From: Craspedostauros australis
Taxonomy: Eukaryota
Assembly (NCBI GenBank): GCA_030167865.1
Contig: JALAGF010006507.1
Coordinates: forward strand, 1 to 45,339
DNA length: 45,339 nucleotides
Direction: 5' to 3'
The first letter of the stretch is position 1. Every line of letters begins with the position of its first letter. The position numbers and the translations under genes were made by a program. The notes under the pieces are model-generated. The model was not told the origin of the DNA. It searched no databases and was given only the letters and a program-made list of their open reading frames with translations. Shown in pieces: positions 44,026 to 45,339 of this stretch.

Positions 44026-44852
44026 ATGAAGCGCGACAGTCAAGAGAATCCAATTGCCAACATTGCCGCCGTTGGGGCGAACAACGCTCCCGCAGCTGCA
44101 AACAGGAGCTACGCAATGGTCTGCGGTGGTGCCAGCTGTGCGGAAAGTATGATGATTGGCAAGATGGACGACGGCAACATTCGTGGCAAAGTTACTGAGT
44201 TCGGCGACTGCCCAAGTGGCACATCCAGACAGCAGTATTCCACATCCTCCGCAGCATCCACAGCATCGATGTCGTCGTCGTCGTCAGCATCATCGACATG
44301 TTCCAAGTCTGATTCATCGCAAGAGCAATTACGGAAACACAGTCCAAAGAGACTCAAGTTCAGCATGACGATCGAAACAAGCGCACAGGCCACCGAGCCG
44401 GAATTCGCCAAACTCGATCACTCCAATCCCACGCATGCCAATCGCATGCAATCGCGACAACGCCAGATCCTCAAGGGCAAGAACACCATCGGGTACGAGG
44501 AGTACCGCCAGCGGGTTCCCAAGGAGCAGCGTCTATCACGGTCGATGAAGACGCCCTCCACGCCGGATCATACGTTGGAAATTCCCAACAAGCGATGGGC
44601 GGGGATGGTGCGCGCTTGGTAAGTGCATTGCTTGATACTATGGAGACGTGGAATACCGAACTGTTGTGTACGTGCCGATGTGCATGCGCTGGCGCATGTA
44701 AGATCCATTCTCACGCACCCTACTCGTCTGTCCATTCATTCACTAAACCTATCCATTTCATTCCATCTCGCAGGCGTCGTGCACTGCATGACTACGATCC
44801 AGAAGATGTGGATATGGAACAGGTAGCACCAAACCCACACACAGTCCTGTGA
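44026..44852 (+). CDS. SLBP: Histone mRNA stem-loop binding protein; 2 exons (44026-44618, 44774-44852), about 223 aa
   Basis: SLBP RNA-binding domain RQRQILKGKNTIGYEEY..VPKEQR..PSTPD..KRWAGMVRAW|RRALHDYDP, restored across the intron. Confidence 0.92.
44619..44773 (+). other. Spliceosomal intron, 155 bp
   Basis: TG|GTAAGT ... CACTAAA (branch-like) ... TCGCAG|G recreates W-RRALHDYDP. Confidence 0.92.
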
Positions 44853-44941
44853 CTCTTCCACTGTTGATGACGTACGTAGGACCAGTACAAAAACTTTTAC
44901 GTAGAACACGTAGAAACACTACTAGCACAAAGTTGTTGACA

Positions 44942-45339
44942 ATGGTGCGCACAGACGACCAAAACGATGTTGGCAAAGCCAACCAGACCCCTCGAAAGCA
45001 ATCGACAATGGGACGAGGACGTTCAGGAAGAGGAGGCCGTCAGGCCCGTGGTAAAGGCGCTCATGGGGGAGGCCGAGGAGGGAAGAGGCAGGCCAGAGAC
45101 TCACCGACCAAAAAGTCTCCAAAAAAGGGTGCGATCCAAAACGAGAACCGTTGGATTTGGAGCCACCAGCACGAAAGAAGCTGGGGAGACATCCTCAGAG
45201 AGAGAAACTTGATGACCCGCGGAACAGAGCCGTTCACTGCAACCACCGGTGAAGATGGAGCGCTTGACGAGTCGATCGCCTTCGTGAGAGAGATGAGCGA
45301 CGAGCTAGCAGACGGAGCAACCTTGGAACAATGGAAGGT
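44942..45339 (+). CDS. Partial ORF with an RG/RGG-rich N-terminus, open to the window end; unknown product
   Basis: Manual translation from ATG 44942 gives MVRTDDQNDVGKANQTPRKQSTMGRGRSGRGGRQARGKGAHGGGRGGKRQ...RWIWSHQHERSWGDILRERNL...ALDESIAFVREMSDELADGATLEQWK, 132 codons with no stop. Confidence 0.55.
   Translation, partial: MVRTDDQNDVGKANQTPRKQSTMGRGRSGRGGRQARGKGAHGGGRGGKRQARDSPTKKSPKKGAIQNENRWIWSHQHERSWGDILRERNLMTRGTEPFTATTGEDGALDESIAFVREMSDELADGATLEQWK

Noticed and set aside
44967..45212. 81-aa plus-strand ORF from the track
   Set aside because: The overlapping frame from ATG 44942 is longer, stays open to the window end and looks more protein-like.

Overview
Gene-dense eukaryotic nuclear DNA, not prokaryotic. 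I reconstruct five GT-AG introns of 155-326 bp. Gene content and style (compact spacing, RXL motifs, DUF6824-like domain, a bipartite-looking presequence) suggest a stramenopile, probably a diatom; this is inference. I count about 17 protein-coding genes. In order: a 5'-truncated cysteine-rich repeat protein (CGDG..EECDDGN, DUF4215/Myxococcus-type) with an unnamed C-terminal domain; an LRR/RNI-like protein; a SIRT4-type sirtuin; a membrane PhyH-like dioxygenase with DUF6824-like and Tudor-like domains; a Zn-finger RluA-family pseudouridine synthase; a coactosin-like protein; a hypothetical protein; a qRRM protein; a 2,000-aa Q/H-rich HAT/TPR protein; DBP9/DDX56; an NXPE/SGNH-like membrane protein; VPS53; ROK1/DDX52; a hypothetical protein; nicastrin; SLBP; and an RGG-rich ORF running off the right end that the ORF track misses. 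I found no rRNA, tRNA, CRISPR array or confirmed mobile element. I cannot support a multi-gene novel system. The best novelty candidates are the repeat protein at the left edge, the dioxygenase fusion, the sirtuin presequence and the right-edge ORF. All family assignments come from motifs recognised by eye; no searches were run.
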